Assembly (NCBI GenBank): GCA_047967505.1
Contig: CM106538.1
DNA: 64,000 nt
Reading direction: 5' to 3' (one strand)
Origin: Dipteris shenzhenensis
Taxonomy: Eukaryota
The notes beneath the pieces were generated by a model. It ran no database searches and was not told where the DNA came from. It saw nothing but the letters and a program-made list of their open reading frames with translations. The position numbers were made by a program, and so were the translations under genes. Every line of letters starts with the position of its first letter. Within the stretch, counting starts at the first letter, position 1. Shown here in pieces: positions 24,290 to 36,978 of the stretch.

Positions 24290-26460
24290 GTTGTATCTTT
24301 GCTCTCTGGGCAAGATCTAAGGTCTTACTTTTGAAGCCTCTATATGTCTTTTCTCTTCTCTTATAGGTGCTCTTATTTATCATCTTGTTAGTGTCGTGGT
24401 CTCCCTTATGATGGGTACACTTAATGAACTACCCTACCTTGTAGAGCTCGTATGCAAAATTATTCCAGAGCTTGCATTGGTCCTCCATTGGTCGCTACAC
24501 CAAAAAAATTTTAGCTCTTGGATGTGGGTTCAAATGAGCTTAGAATGGGTGTCTTACTTTACAGAGCTTGCAAGATTCTATGAATAGGAGGGGAATTTAT
24601 TAGACCTAGGCAATAGTAAGAATTTTGACTTTAAAAGAAAAATAAAGAAAGGAAGTGAGGACCCATATGTAGCTTATGCTTTTGAATCAACCTTGAATGC
24701 ATAGCCTATGTAGGGATTTACACAATGAAGCCCGCTAGCAACATCCTCATCATACATGCAATGATTTGGAAGCCTCTAGATCTCTTTGCTCTTCTCTTAT
24801 AGGTGCCCTTATTTAACATCTTTCTAGTGGCATGGTCTCCCTTATGACGGGTCCACTTGATGAACTACCCTACCTCATAGAGCTCATATGCAAAATTATT
24901 CCAAATCTTGCATTAGTCGGTGCACCAAAAATAATTTAGCTCTAGGATGTGGGTTCAAATGATTTTAGAAGGGGTGTCTTACTTTATTGAGCTCACAAGA
25001 ATCTATGAATAGGAGGGGAATTTATTAGAACCAATAGTAAGAATTTAAACATTATAAGAAAAAAGAAGAAAAGAAGTGAGGACCCATATGTAGCTTATGC
25101 TTTTAAAGCAACCTTGAATGCACAACCTATGTAGGGATTTACACCAATGAAGCCCACCTGCAACATCCTCATCATACATGCATTGATTTAGGAGAGAACT
25201 TATTGCATGCCATGGAGCACACCCTTGGGATTGCTCCCTCAACCCCTAGTTCTAAGGAGACATGAGATAATAGTTACAATGCCTCAATTTTGTATTTGTA
25301 AGATGAATTATTGTTTAAGTATTTATCCTTGAGTGAGCTACATTGACTTCCATCTATGCCATCACTTTTGCATAAAAAGACATGGTTCAAAGATACCTTA
25401 AATTAGTTGGTGCCAACGTCATTACAATTCAGTGGGTCTAAGACAAGAGACATGATCACTTGAAGTTGGCACTTTACTTATATACATAATAAGATTAAAA
25501 AATGCTAACTTCCTACAACCCCATGTTTTATCTAATCAATACTTAGCTACATCCACAATATAGAACAAGAAAACCTAGGGGGTTGTACCAGTCCCAATGT
25601 CTCTTGAAGGCAGCTTCAAATTTTGTATGAAGACCCAAAGGGCATCTACTTTCAAGATTCCTTACATATCTTGTTTAATGGAAAAGATGCAACATTCAAA
25701 CCATAAAACTAGCAATATACCATTCCGATCTACCTCTTCCCTAAATGAGGACTAGTGAAACACTTTAAAGTGATTGTTAACATATCAAACTTCCCCCATG
25801 CCCACCACACTGTTCTTATCTCTAGTTGTCTTAAATTGATAATTAAGTATTTATTTTCAATTTGCAAATGGCAATTTTAGAAGGCACATTTGCTTCCAAT
25901 ATTTGTCATTTGCTTGTATCTTTGCTCTATTTGGGTAATATCTAAGATCTAACTTTTGAAGCCTCTACATCGCTTTGCTCTTCTCTTATGGGTGCTCTTA
26001 TTGAGCATCTTGCTAGTGTTATGCTCCCCCTTATCATGTGTATACTTGATGATCTACCCCACCTCGTAGAGCTTACATGCAAATTTTTTATAGAGCTTAC
26101 ATTGGTGGGTGAATGAAAAACAATTTAACTCTAGGATGTGCATTCAAATGACTCAACGAGCTTAGAAGGGGTGTCTTAATCTAAAGATCTGACAAAAATC
26201 TACATATAGGAGGGGAATTTATTAGATTCAACATTAAGAATTTAAAATTTTATAAGAAAAAAGAAGAAAGGAAACAACCTTGAATGCACATCCTATGTAG
26301 GGATTTACACCAATGAAGCCCGCTAACAACATGCTCATCATACATGCATTGATATAGGATAGAACTTGGAGCACACCCTTGGGATTGCTACTTAGACCCC
26401 TTATTCCAAGGTAAGAGGAGATACTAGTTAGCATAGAAAGGATGTGCATGCATACGATGC
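24290..26460. repeat. Three diverged copies of a ~440-bp unit
   Basis: GAAGCCTCTA-anchored unit at 24333, 24769 and 25958; no recognisable protein. Confidence 0.75.
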
Positions 26461-27964
26461 TTCAATTTAGTATTTTTCAGATGAATTGTTGTGAATGTCA
26501 TCGCTTTTGCACTAGAACACATGATCCAAACATAGGGCACAAATGCAAACATTGAAGATTTCCTACTCCTAATGTGCATCTACATAATTCCATAGTTATG
26601 CTATCCAAATGGAAACAGTGAAGATTTTCTACTGCTAATGTGTATCTACAGAATTCCATAGTCATGATATCCAATGGACACCCGCGCTGCATTGTGTACA
26701 CTAAACATAGCCTCTTGTGCAGAAGCAATACCCATGAGGTGTTATGATGTGCATGGATGTCTACAGGCATGATGTTGCATATCAATGCCGATTGGGATTA
26801 ATCTTCTAACAACCACACCCATATATAATTTGGAGACAGAGAGGTGGACATCAGAGTTCACCAAAAACAGACAAACTATGTAGGATGAAACTTATCTACC
26901 TAAGAGGTTTAGCTTTGTAATTTTAAAAGTTTATTATTTTTTTAATATTTTATTAGCATTGCCTCCTTATGGTGGAGGATTGGAATTGCTTCTTTTTTAA
27001 TTTTCATTTGTAATTTCTTTCAAAAAAAGTTAATTGAGTTGTATGTTTCAAATTGCCATTTGTGGTGATCATCCTTCAGAAATTGCCTTTTAATAGCCCA
27101 ACTCCTTTTTAAAAAGCATTGGCTTTCTCGTTTGCATCAAAAAGTACTTTGTGTTACCACTATACTAGGAGGCGGTGCCCCCATGCAATTGTGCACTCTT
27201 GTTTATATTTTGGCCTTAAACTTGAAAAGTTATAGGTAAAACTTAAGTAAAGCTTCTTTGTGAACACTCGTGCACATGAAGTAAGCATAAGCCTCATCCT
27301 CACCTCACATAGTGGTAACCCACCTCCACTTACTCAAAGGAAAAAGCACACTACTCAAAAGAATTACCCATAATCTTAAGTAATGGTAGTGCTCATCCAC
27401 ACCTAGAACTTTGATATGTTCATGACTTGGTTCCTTAAGCCGTTTTCGCATCAACTCGTCAACCATTGGATCATTGCCTTGTAAGAGCTGGCGGTCGTTG
27501 AGATGAACTTTTCATGGGGGTAGCTCGCTTTGCACATCGCATCTGGCGCCGAGAGATTGTCTCTACCATCCTCTATTAGAGAGGAAGACCCACTGAGATG
27601 GGGAAGGAGAGACTTTGCGGGAGGGAAAGTGTGCAAGAAGGATTCAATTTCACACGACGAGTGCTCCATTTGCAAAGAGCAACAGGGAGGCAGGGAGAGG
27701 CATCTTGCCTTTTACAGGGAGAGAGAGACACACACAGTACAGAGAGAGAGAGAGAGAGACAGAGAGACAGAGAGAGAGAGAGTTTTTAGATGACAAGAGC
27801 TGGCTCTGCGCATAGCGATTCGGAGGATGAATCTTCCATCGTTCAATATAAGGGAGGTTATGTTTATAGAAGCCTATAGCTCCCTTTCATGCACATAGCA
27901 TCTGCTTGAATCTTGGCAGGCGGGAAGGAGAGAGAGAGAGAGAGGGAAAAAGGCCGGAGAGACG

Positions 27965-28933
27965 ATGGCCGCCGCTAAAGATGCACCTGATGGGCAGCCC
28001 GGCGTACCCCCCAACTTCTGGGGCGCCATGCCGAAAGATGAATACTACGCCTCACAAGGCGTTGTGAACAAGAAAGAGTACTGCAGGACGCCGCATGGGA
28101 CACTCTTCACTCAATCCTGGCTGCCAGCAAACGGAGATCAACTCAATGGGATCGTTTGCTGCACGCACGGATACGGCAGCGACTCCAACTGGATGTTTCA
28201 GACGATCCCTATAGCGTTTGCGCAATGGGGATACGGTGCCTTCGCATGCGATTTGCTAGGCCACGGCCGGTCGGATGGCATCCACGGCTATGTAGAAGAC
28301 GCCGAGAAGCTAGCTGCAGCAGTGCTCTTCTTCTACAAGTCTGTACGCGATCGTCCGGAGTATGAAGGCCTCTCCAAATACTTGTTCGGCGAGTCGATGG
28401 GAGGGGGAGCAACGCTACTGATGGTACTGCAGGACCCGAAAGGCTGGGACGGAGCGATGTTTTCTGCGCCACTCTTTGAGATTCCGGGGCCGATGAAGCC
28501 ATCGAGGCTGCATTTGACGGCGTATGGATTGCTGGGGGGACTGGCGGAGTCATGGGCAGTGATGCCGGACAGCAACATGGTGAAGCGAGCTGTGAAGGAT
28601 CCAGCGAAAGCCAAGGTGATAGGCAGCAATCCACGGCGGTACAGAGGGCGACCAAGGGTGGGAACGATGAGGCAGCTAAGCCGAATGTGTGATACAATTC
28701 AGAAGAGATGCCAGGAGGTAGAGATCCCGTTGCTTCTCCTGCATGGAACTTCAGATGATCTGGCTGCTGTAGAGGGCAGCCAGCTTGTTTACGACAAAGC
28801 TCAGAGCACAGATAAGACCATCAAGCTCTATGACGGCATGTATCACTCGCTTATTCAGGGTGAGACTGATGAGAACATCAGCCAAGTCCTCGCTGATCTC
28901 AGAGAGTGGATTGATCTTAGAGCTAAGAAATAA
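27965..28933 (+). CDS. CSE: Caffeoyl shikimate esterase / lysophospholipase-2-like alpha/beta hydrolase, 322 aa, single exon
   Basis: Intact ORF with PPNFWG.MP..EYY.SQG, HGYGSD..WMFQ, DLLGHGRSDG, nucleophile GESMGG, HGTSD and YHSLIQGE, all characteristic of the Arabidopsis CSE/LysoPL2 clade. Confidence 0.93.
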   Translation: MAAAKDAPDGQPGVPPNFWGAMPKDEYYASQGVVNKKEYCRTPHGTLFTQSWLPANGDQLNGIVCCTHGYGSDSNWMFQTIPIAFAQWGYGAFACDLLGHGRSDGIHGYVEDAEKLAAAVLFFYKSVRDRPEYEGLSKYLFGESMGGGATLLMVLQDPKGWDGAMFSAPLFEIPGPMKPSRLHLTAYGLLGGLAESWAVMPDSNMVKRAVKDPAKAKVIGSNPRRYRGRPRVGTMRQLSRMCDTIQKRCQEVEIPLLLLHGTSDDLAAVEGSQLVYDKAQSTDKTIKLYDGMYHSLIQGETDENISQVLADLREWIDLRAKK

Positions 28934-30539
28934 CAAGTGGCAACAAGGAAAACCAAGAGATGTAACAAGACCATTCAGCAAGAGACTACTTTTAAGAACA
29001 AAAGTGTAGTATATGAGTCTCAATGTTACCCTCAATTTCAAGGAATAAAATATGAGATTTTATTTATAAATCTCAATATATTTAGGTGGTTTTTTAAAGG
29101 AATATTTCGAATTGGATCTCAATTAAGCCTTAGCATTAGCATATGATCCCCATGTGTACACATACTCATGTGTATAAATGCTCGTGTAGGTGTACACATG
29201 TATGCTTATATGTTTTACACATGTATGGAACATGTATGCTTATATGTCTACACATGTATTTGTTTGCCTATGTGTGCATCCGCATGCCATGGAGTGTCTA
29301 CACAAATGCACATGTGGGTGGACTCTTTGGGCATGTTTGAGTGTGTATGTCTCTATCTACATATGCGTGCGGTCTGTCCTTATGCGTGTGTATATGTGCA
29401 ACATTGGAGTGTGCCTACAATGTTGGGATTCGTGCCATTGCTATATGCTTTGACATCAACTTGCTTGCTATGTTCTTTCACATCAACTTGCTTATGTAGG
29501 AGACTTACCTTGGACATGGAACGCATTTGAGGAGTAATAGTTGGAATCACTTATTGGCTCACACTTGGCTTTCATGTTACTAATACCTAGGATTAGCCTC
29601 AAGGCTAAACTGTAATGGAGCTCTTAACTTTGTGATCAACAAACTGCATTTTAAAATTCAAATGATGACGATGAGCAAATGGTTCCAAAATGAGATGAGA
29701 AATTGACATTGACCAACCTAATCTTGTTGAACTTTGCTTATCACTACCTACTTATTTTGTGGTCAACCACTAAAATTTCATGAAGAAATCAGTAAGGTTG
29801 CTAGTCAATGACACCAGGGTCATTGTTTGCTTGGGTATAGCCATTTTTGGTGAGGTTCAAGGACTTTTCTATGTATAGGTATCTTGCATGACCCATAACT
29901 TATGCATTATTGAACGGAATTCGATAAACTTTGTCTTCAAGTTGTAGTACACATTCCAAACTTGAACATGAGAGCAAAAAATTATGGAATAAGGATTTGA
30001 AATGAGACCGTTAAAGCATTACAAGTGCTATGTTGCATGTGAAGAATGCATCCTGAAGACTATATTATATAGCAATTTATTCAAAACATCAAAATTTTAT
30101 TCTATACATACATGCAACCAAGTGATCATTCAAAAGTACACTATGTGAGCTTCTTCTCAACCCAAGGACACACCTAAATGAGAACATTATGCATGGGTTA
30201 ATGGGCCTCCCAATGTTGTGCTAAAGTGATACATGTAACTTGCCCCCGCCCTGCAAATGCCCTGCAACCCGTACGCACCTCGACGTGACCTTGCGTAGAC
30301 TTTGGTTTGCCATTGTCTTCTTTCGGGTAAGTTGTCTTCTATTCTTTGCTTGCCTCACCAACTAGGTTCTCTGGGTCTATTCTGAACTGATCGTGGCCAT
30401 GGCGTCAATGGCAACATGCAGCTCGCCCGGCATGGTTGAGTAGAAATTAACAACAATATATTTTGCAATATATTATTATTTTACTAAACTAGCTCGGTGG
30501 TTGGAACGTCATGCAACCATGGCTGCTTAAGCTCAATTA

Positions 30540-31186
30540 CCAATTATGTGATTGTCTTGAACCAGCATGGTTGAATAGCATATCAGCCACATTTGGCTCA
30601 TCATTTCCACCAATAGATGATCCATCATCTACCCTTGATTGTATACCTGTGGGAGTACTACCATTTCTTGCACATTTGGTGCATGGAGGTGTTTCCAAGC
30701 TCCTGAAGTGAAGTGGACACCAAAAGCAAGCAATAGTTGCCTCTACAAGTCAATATGGAGTCTCTGTCATCGAACGGAACAGGGAAAAGCTCAAAAAACG
30801 ACTTTTTCTTTGAAACCACTTAACAGTCTCTCAAAACCACTTCGCAAAGCCAAAGTGACTTTTCCAAAGGTTTCTCCAAGGTCTCTGCACACTCGGATGC
30901 AAGTAAAGTCGCCCACAAAGCTTCCCACAGAGCTTCTCCTTCCTCCCACAGAGCTGCTGAGCTTCAAGCATTCACGCACGCTCAGCTAGATCACTCGGGC
31001 TCTGATACCAGTTGAGAGTGCTCTCAACGGAAGCAAGAACGGAAGAAGGAGAGAGAGAGAGATAGAGAGCCACACAAGTTTTTGATGGGTGCAGAACCAC
31101 CCTAATCTTCTTTTTCATTCATTTATATATGTGTTTGAGTATTGTACATAACTGGGGTGAAGGCACAGTGACCTTTAACCCCCACA
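30540..31186 (-). mobile_element. Truncated LTR retrotransposon 5' end (174-bp LTR, PBS and leader)
   Basis: On the minus strand a TG..CA LTR at 31186-31013 containing TATATAAAT, followed by TGGTATCAGAGCCC (31010-30997). It abuts the second transposase. Confidence 0.65.
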
Positions 31187-32750
31187 GTTTGTCCAAAGGG
31201 AGACCATGAGTGGCATAGGATTGAATGCATTCGTGGCACATGCAAGCATTGCAGTTTGAAGCTAAAGAACATGACATTCAATGTATGTCCAAATGAAATG
31301 AGGGAAGACAACCATGTTGCTCTAAAATGGAGGATATTTGAAAATCTCAATGTTGAAGGATCTGATAAAAAGAGATGGCTACTGTCATATAAGAGCACCT
31401 AGCCAAGGAAGCTTGTAGGTCACGTGGTTCAATCTATCCCAAAATATGCGCTTCACAATTTCACAGCCAGTTGGTAGGATAAGTAGTTCAAGACGTGCCT
31501 TGCCAATTTTCCCCGTGACACTATTATATCTGTCATAGATTTTGCAAAAAATTATTCTTTTCAAGAACAAGATGAGATACAAAGTGCTCACTGGTACAAC
31601 AAGCAGATAATAATTCTTGTGCATATCACGTACAATCATTTGCTTGATTCTTCCACGCATGATGCCAATCTTCTTGCTGACTCATAGGAGTCCAGGTCAG
31701 TGCAACGCACGTACCATTTCTACATTTTAGATGATAGGGAACATGACACCTTATTTGTGCAGCATGCTTTTCTATTGCATTGGGAATGGTTGAAAAAGAA
31801 AAATTCCCATGTAAAAAATATAAACAACATTGGGTGTGGTCAGATGGTGTTGTCTCTCAATTTAAATCAGCCCATGGATTCTACTTTGTCTTAAGGTTCA
31901 AATCCTTGTCCAATCTAGACATGATGTGGAATGTCTTTGGGTCTAGCCATGGCAAGGGTGAACATGATGGATGTGGTGGTGTTATTAAGCAAGCTCTATT
32001 TAAAACTAATTAGCATGCCCTCAAGAAAAACTCAATGATGCCCATGATGCTGTAACATGGATTACAACCAACCTCTCCACAAGTGCGCATTCAACATATA
32101 GTAAACAAAGCCTTAAGAATACTGTAGTACGCACAGTGTTCCATGAAGTGAAAGTGGATGAAGTGCAAAGGAGCAGCTGGCACAATTGCGAGAAAATTAA
32201 AGGAGTTTGTGGTCTGCACAACATATGGGGATTTTCAAACAACCGATTGATTAAAATAAGAAAACTTTCTTGTTTTTGCAGTACGTGCATCATAGGGTAT
32301 CATGACGATTGTGAGAACATTGCGATTGTGAAGACATGGGAGCGAGTTCAAGTTTTTCCCCTACATTCAGATGGAGTGACAAACAATGGAGAGACAAACA
32401 ACTCATCATAGTTTTGGGAGAGTTTGATGACCTCACTGATTGTCTGGAAGAGGGGGATAACTTTGCAGTTGTCACACAAGGATAATTGGGGAACAACCTA
32501 TGAGAAGTGAGATATAGTAGTTGGAGCTTTTTGGTACAAAAAAGCATCCAAGAGAGGCCGCAATTATGAACTTCTACATAAGAGTCCACAAACATGTGTG
32601 TACTCTCATCTAGTAAGAGCTATTAAGTTCCAGATGCGACTTATGCCACAATGAAAGAAGGGCAGGAGTGTCTTCCAAGTGGATTTAGACATGCATGAGC
32701 ACATCTTGGGTATCTTGGAGCGGTGGATGAGGACAACTACGATAGTACTA
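31187..32750 (+). pseudogene. Second Sola2-type DDD transposase (5'-truncated, degenerate)
   Basis: VCPKGDHEWHRIECIRGTCKHC, DFAKNYSF..QDEIQSAHW (~31538), DDREHDTLFVQH, WSDGVVSQFK, GSSHGKGEHDG, RKLSCFCSTC; colinear with 8320-9935. Confidence 0.85.
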
Positions 32751-32849
32751 AGAAAATGTATGTAGTCTCATTGCAAGGAAACAATGTCTACTTGTCTTAC
32801 AAAATGGAATTTGTATTTGAGACTATGCTTCTTTTTAGTATATCCCAAA

Positions 32850-33320
32850 CAACCACCGTGTTGGTTTTATTATTATTTTTTTAAAATCCCAAATGATAAA
32901 TCCCATGCTTGTTTTTAGTATATCCCAACAACCACCGCACTGGTTTCCCATAACAAATCCACACATCCTAGAAATTCATTCATCTTGTAATAATAGAAGC
33001 AAACCACCACGCTGGTGGCTGTTAATATCCTAGTGCAAACCAACCACCATGCTGGCGATCACTTATCCTGCACTCCTACTGTGCTATCCCTACACTACTG
33101 CCATGCTATCCTAAAATTTATTGTGCAATGCTATACTAAGGCAGTGTCCTTTAGATGGTTTATTTTTTCGTTAACCATCAGATTTTATCCCATGCTTGTT
33201 TCTAGTATATCCCAACCACCACCGCACTGATTTCCTATAACAAATCAACACATCCTACAAATCCATTCATCTTGTAATAATAGAAGTGAACCACTGCGCT
33301 GGTGGCTTTTAATATCCTTA
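32850..33320. repeat. ACCACCGCACTGG-containing repeat block; inverted partner at ~39990-40320
   Basis: 32930-33120 is the reverse complement of ~40010-40210 (e.g. CATCTTGTAATAATAGAAGCAAACCACC / GGTGGTTTGCTTCTATTATTACAAGATG). Confidence 0.8.
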
Positions 33321-33324
33321 TTCC

Positions 33325-33600
33325 TCTATTATATATATATGAGTATATGAAGGCCCTGTACAAGTGGGTGGGCACATTGCCCTTTACCCCAACAACCTCC
33401 CACTTAAAGGCAGTGTGCCTTTTAAAAGAGTATAGTACATGTACAATACAATTAGCCATAGGCTGAAAAACAAGATGACAAGACTGTCATCCTATGCCCA
33501 TGGGCACTCTACAATGTGCAAAGTGCATAGAGGATAAGCTACTAGCAGACATCAGGTTTGCAAAAGATAGAAAATGACAAGCTGGATGTCATGAAGGCAC
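33325..33600 (-). mobile_element. LTR retrotransposon 3'-end fragment (PPT + start of 3' LTR)
   Basis: Minus strand AAGTGGGAGGT followed by TGTTGGGG...; the LTR start resembles the 31013-31186 LTR. Confidence 0.5.
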
Positions 33601-34151
33601 ACTGGCATAATAATGAGATACAATCTATTTGTTTTGAACACCGCATACATGGCATCTCTACACTGCTTCGTGCAACGCAATCTCTGGCCTACACCGCCTC
33701 ATGTAGATCATTAAAATTGAAGCTTGTCTTGGAGAGACCACCGCACTGGTTCTTGGCGTAATAATTAGATACAATCTATCATTCTGAACACCACCATAGC
33801 GTAGTCTCTGGCCTGACCACCTATCATCGTGCAGCCTTTTGCCGCATCTTTGCCTATAGCCCAGGAGAGACCACCGCACTGGTTTTTGGCATAATAATGA
33901 GACGCAATCTATTATTCTGAGCATCGCCTCAGTGCATGACAACCCGTCATCGCCCAGGATTCAAGGTTGTCTTGGAGAGACCACTGCACTGGTTCTTGGA
34001 GTTATAGCTCTATTACCTATTTTATATATTACAGGAGGATGTCTATGATGACCAGTGCACTAGCAAATAGAAAAAGATTTATGAAAGCCACCGCGCTAGT
34101 TCTTGGAGTTATATATTGGTGTACCAAGGAAAATGTATTCCATTGTGCAAC

Positions 34152-34333
34152 TAAGCAAAATGCAATTGACGATATGGCACTTTAGGGGTCCCCTTTAGGG
34201 GCAAGGGCAATATCAACATGCCATTTCTGTCCAGTGGCATCCTGGATATTGTATAATGCACATCAATATGGCCCTTGCCCCTAGAGGGGACCCCTCCAGG
34301 GCCATATCGTCAATTGCATTTTTTGAAAGCTTA
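34152..34333. mobile_element. Foldback/MITE-like hairpin (~180 bp)
   Basis: Arms AAAATGCAATTGACGATATGGC..GGGGTCCCCT.TAGGGGCAAGGGC and GCCCTTGCCCCTAGAGGGGACCCC..GCCATATCGTCAATTGCATTTT; not seen in the homologous stretch at 21370-21460/24110-24260. Confidence 0.7.
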
Positions 34334-35653
34334 ATTGTATTTTTCTAGATGTATCTCCATGCAACCACAACAGTGGGTCGTTGGAGTTATTTTAGCACTA
34401 TTTTGGTCATAAACCAAGGAAATTTTTAGTCCTTGTTGAAATAAATATAAATGAGGGCAAAAGTACAATTGATCGAGTGAAAATTGAGCAAAAGAGATTA
34501 CAATGTACATGTACGTCTAATAACAGGTTATTAAAAAATTATCAACTTATACCAAGCAAAAATTGAATAGAGGATCTTACATTATAAAAATTTGGCAATT
34601 AGTGAGAGCTTGAGAGGCCAAAAGATTACAAATAGCGGCCATAGCCATTCAAATATAAAAGCTAACGACAGTGCAGACTGAGAGCCTCAAATTGAACAAA
34701 AAGAGATTACATAAATGTAATAAAAACTCAACAATTGCTGAGAGCCTTAGAGACCAAAACATTACATTATTAAGAGCCTTAGAGGCCAAAAGATTACATC
34801 CAGCCATTGCTAAGAGCCTCATCTGAGCAAGAAGGAATTTGTACAACTCAGTTTTCTGCCAGTCTAGCTTGTTGCATTAAAAAATTTTAGGGAGCCAAAG
34901 GAGGATAAGATGGAGAGGCCAAAGAGCATGCACATTTCCAGGACTCAGATTATGCCCCCCCCCGCCCCCCAACAAGTTGAGAGTACTCTACTCTGAAAGT
35001 ACTAAGGCCCTCATCAACATCTAGGGGGAACCCATATAGCACAGCCATAAAGAGGTCCTCTGTGAGCATGTCATTTAAGGTGGTGACATGTAGATGTGTG
35101 GGGAATCGACTGTGGGAATGAAGGGTCTCCACTAGTGCTAGCATTTCTACTCTAGGTGAGTGCAACACAGTCACCTTATATGAGAAGGCATATAACATTG
35201 GGATCACAGACCATCGAGGGGGGGTGGTAGTAGGCATGCTGAAGATGAGTGGGTGAGCAACAGATGAGCAGGGGAGCAAATGAGTGATGAGAGTTGGAGG
35301 AGGGAGCATGGAGCAAAGTAGAGCAGAGGTAGAAAAGAGCTAGAGGAGGGGTGTGGAGCAAAGTAGCAGAGCAGGAGCGAATGAGAGCAATGTAGTAAAA
35401 TGCTAAATGCCACAGATCTTATATATATTATAAAGTTCGAGCCACCATCGTGGCTGGAGCCCAAGGTTCTATCCATATTAATTACAAGCCACCATGGTAG
35501 AATCTTAGGTGCCACCCTAGATGGGCTAGTAATCATGAAGAAGACGTCATGTGGTGCCACTCCGGTGGCTAGTAATTAACTGCCAGCCCAGTGGAATCTT
35601 AGTCATGACAGATGTGGCTGACGAGAGCCACCACCTCCGAGCAGTAATTCCCA

Positions 35654-35704
<51 letters not shown>

Positions 35705-36978
35705 ACACACACACACTCAAACACACACATGACATGCACACTTACACACATCTGTAGCTTCACAAATAGCAAGGCATAACAGGTGCTCTTTACAGGTGAC
35801 ACTACCCTTCCTAGTAGTCCATGGGGAAGTCGACATTGTCATGAAGCTCTAATCACTCATTACCATGCACTCTAGTTCTTTACTGAGCATGCGAGCCTGA
35901 TGACTGGCAATTTTTACTGCACTCATAGTGAGATCTCATGCATGCTTAAGCTCGGTGGTGGCTGAGCCGTGGTTGGTAATTTTAACTGCCAGCCCAGTGG
36001 AATCGTAGCCATGAACGACATGGTTGTAATCACTCGCGCACTCTAGTACTCTAGTGAGCATGCAAGCCTGATGATTGGTAATTTTTAATGCACTCGTAGT
36101 GGTCATGCATGCTTAAGCTTGCTGGTGGGTGAGTAGTGGCTAGTAATTTTAACTGCCAGCACGGTGGAATCGTAGCCATGACAGGCGTGGCTGATGACAG
36201 CCACCATCATTGGGCAGTAATTCCCACAAAAGTAAATCATGAATCCTAACCTCTAGTCCCTCATTACCATGCACTCTAGTACTCTCCTGAGCATGCAAGC
36301 CCGGTGACTAGTAATTGACTACACTTGTAGTAATCATGCATGCAAGCTCGGTGGTGGTAATTGGAAGCTAAGTAATTGTGGGCCACTGCGGTGGCTGATA
36401 ACTAAGTGCTAGCCCGATGGGTTTTAGCCGCCACCATAGACATGGTTGGGAAAATATTAGATGCCACCACCTCTAATCATTCATTACCATGCCAGTCAGT
36501 ACAGCCGCCTTGAATTAATCAAAATTCAGGCCAACCACTGCGGTGGCTCTCCCCTTGATAGTGTAGTCAGGCTACAACCACTGCGGTGGCTCTCACGTTG
36601 ACAATGTAGTCAGGCTACAAATCACTATTCCATTCCCTTAACCATTTTTTCTTCTATCCCTCTTGACTGTTTTGTCCTCCCTTGCAATCTCAAGCCTCCA
36701 CTATTGCATTTCCTTCAATGCTTCATATTCTATCCCTCTCGACCATTTCTTTCTCCCTTGCAATCGGACTGCAAACTCAAGCCTCCACTATTCCATTTCC
36801 TTCATTATTTCCTCTTCTATCCCTCTAGACCATTTCTATCTCCCTTGCACTCTTCCTACAACCTCTATCCCCTCTTGTAATGGACCCTGCACAATCCAAG
36901 AGCTCCTTACACAATCTTTCCTCCCCCTCGACAGCATAGTGCGAGATCCCCTCCTCCCCTAATCTTCAAAAGCCCAAT

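Noticed and set aside
27290-27600. Possible MYB AC elements in the CSE promoter
   Set aside because: Only partial matches (ACCCACC, CTACCATCC); no canonical ACC(T/A)ACC seen.
28156-29041. Overlapping alternative-frame and antisense ORFs over CSE
   Set aside because: Shadow ORFs of a GC-rich real gene.
29140-29530. Cys/Met/Tyr-rich ORFs downstream of CSE
   Set aside because: Degenerate TG/TA microsatellite.
33590-34000. CRISPR-like look of recurring ACCACCGCACTGG units; ORF 33558-33761 containing HWHNNEIQS, resembling transposase words
   Set aside because: The spacers are homologous to each other, the context is eukaryotic and there are no cas genes. The peptide arises from the tandem repeat and its motif order does not match the transposase.
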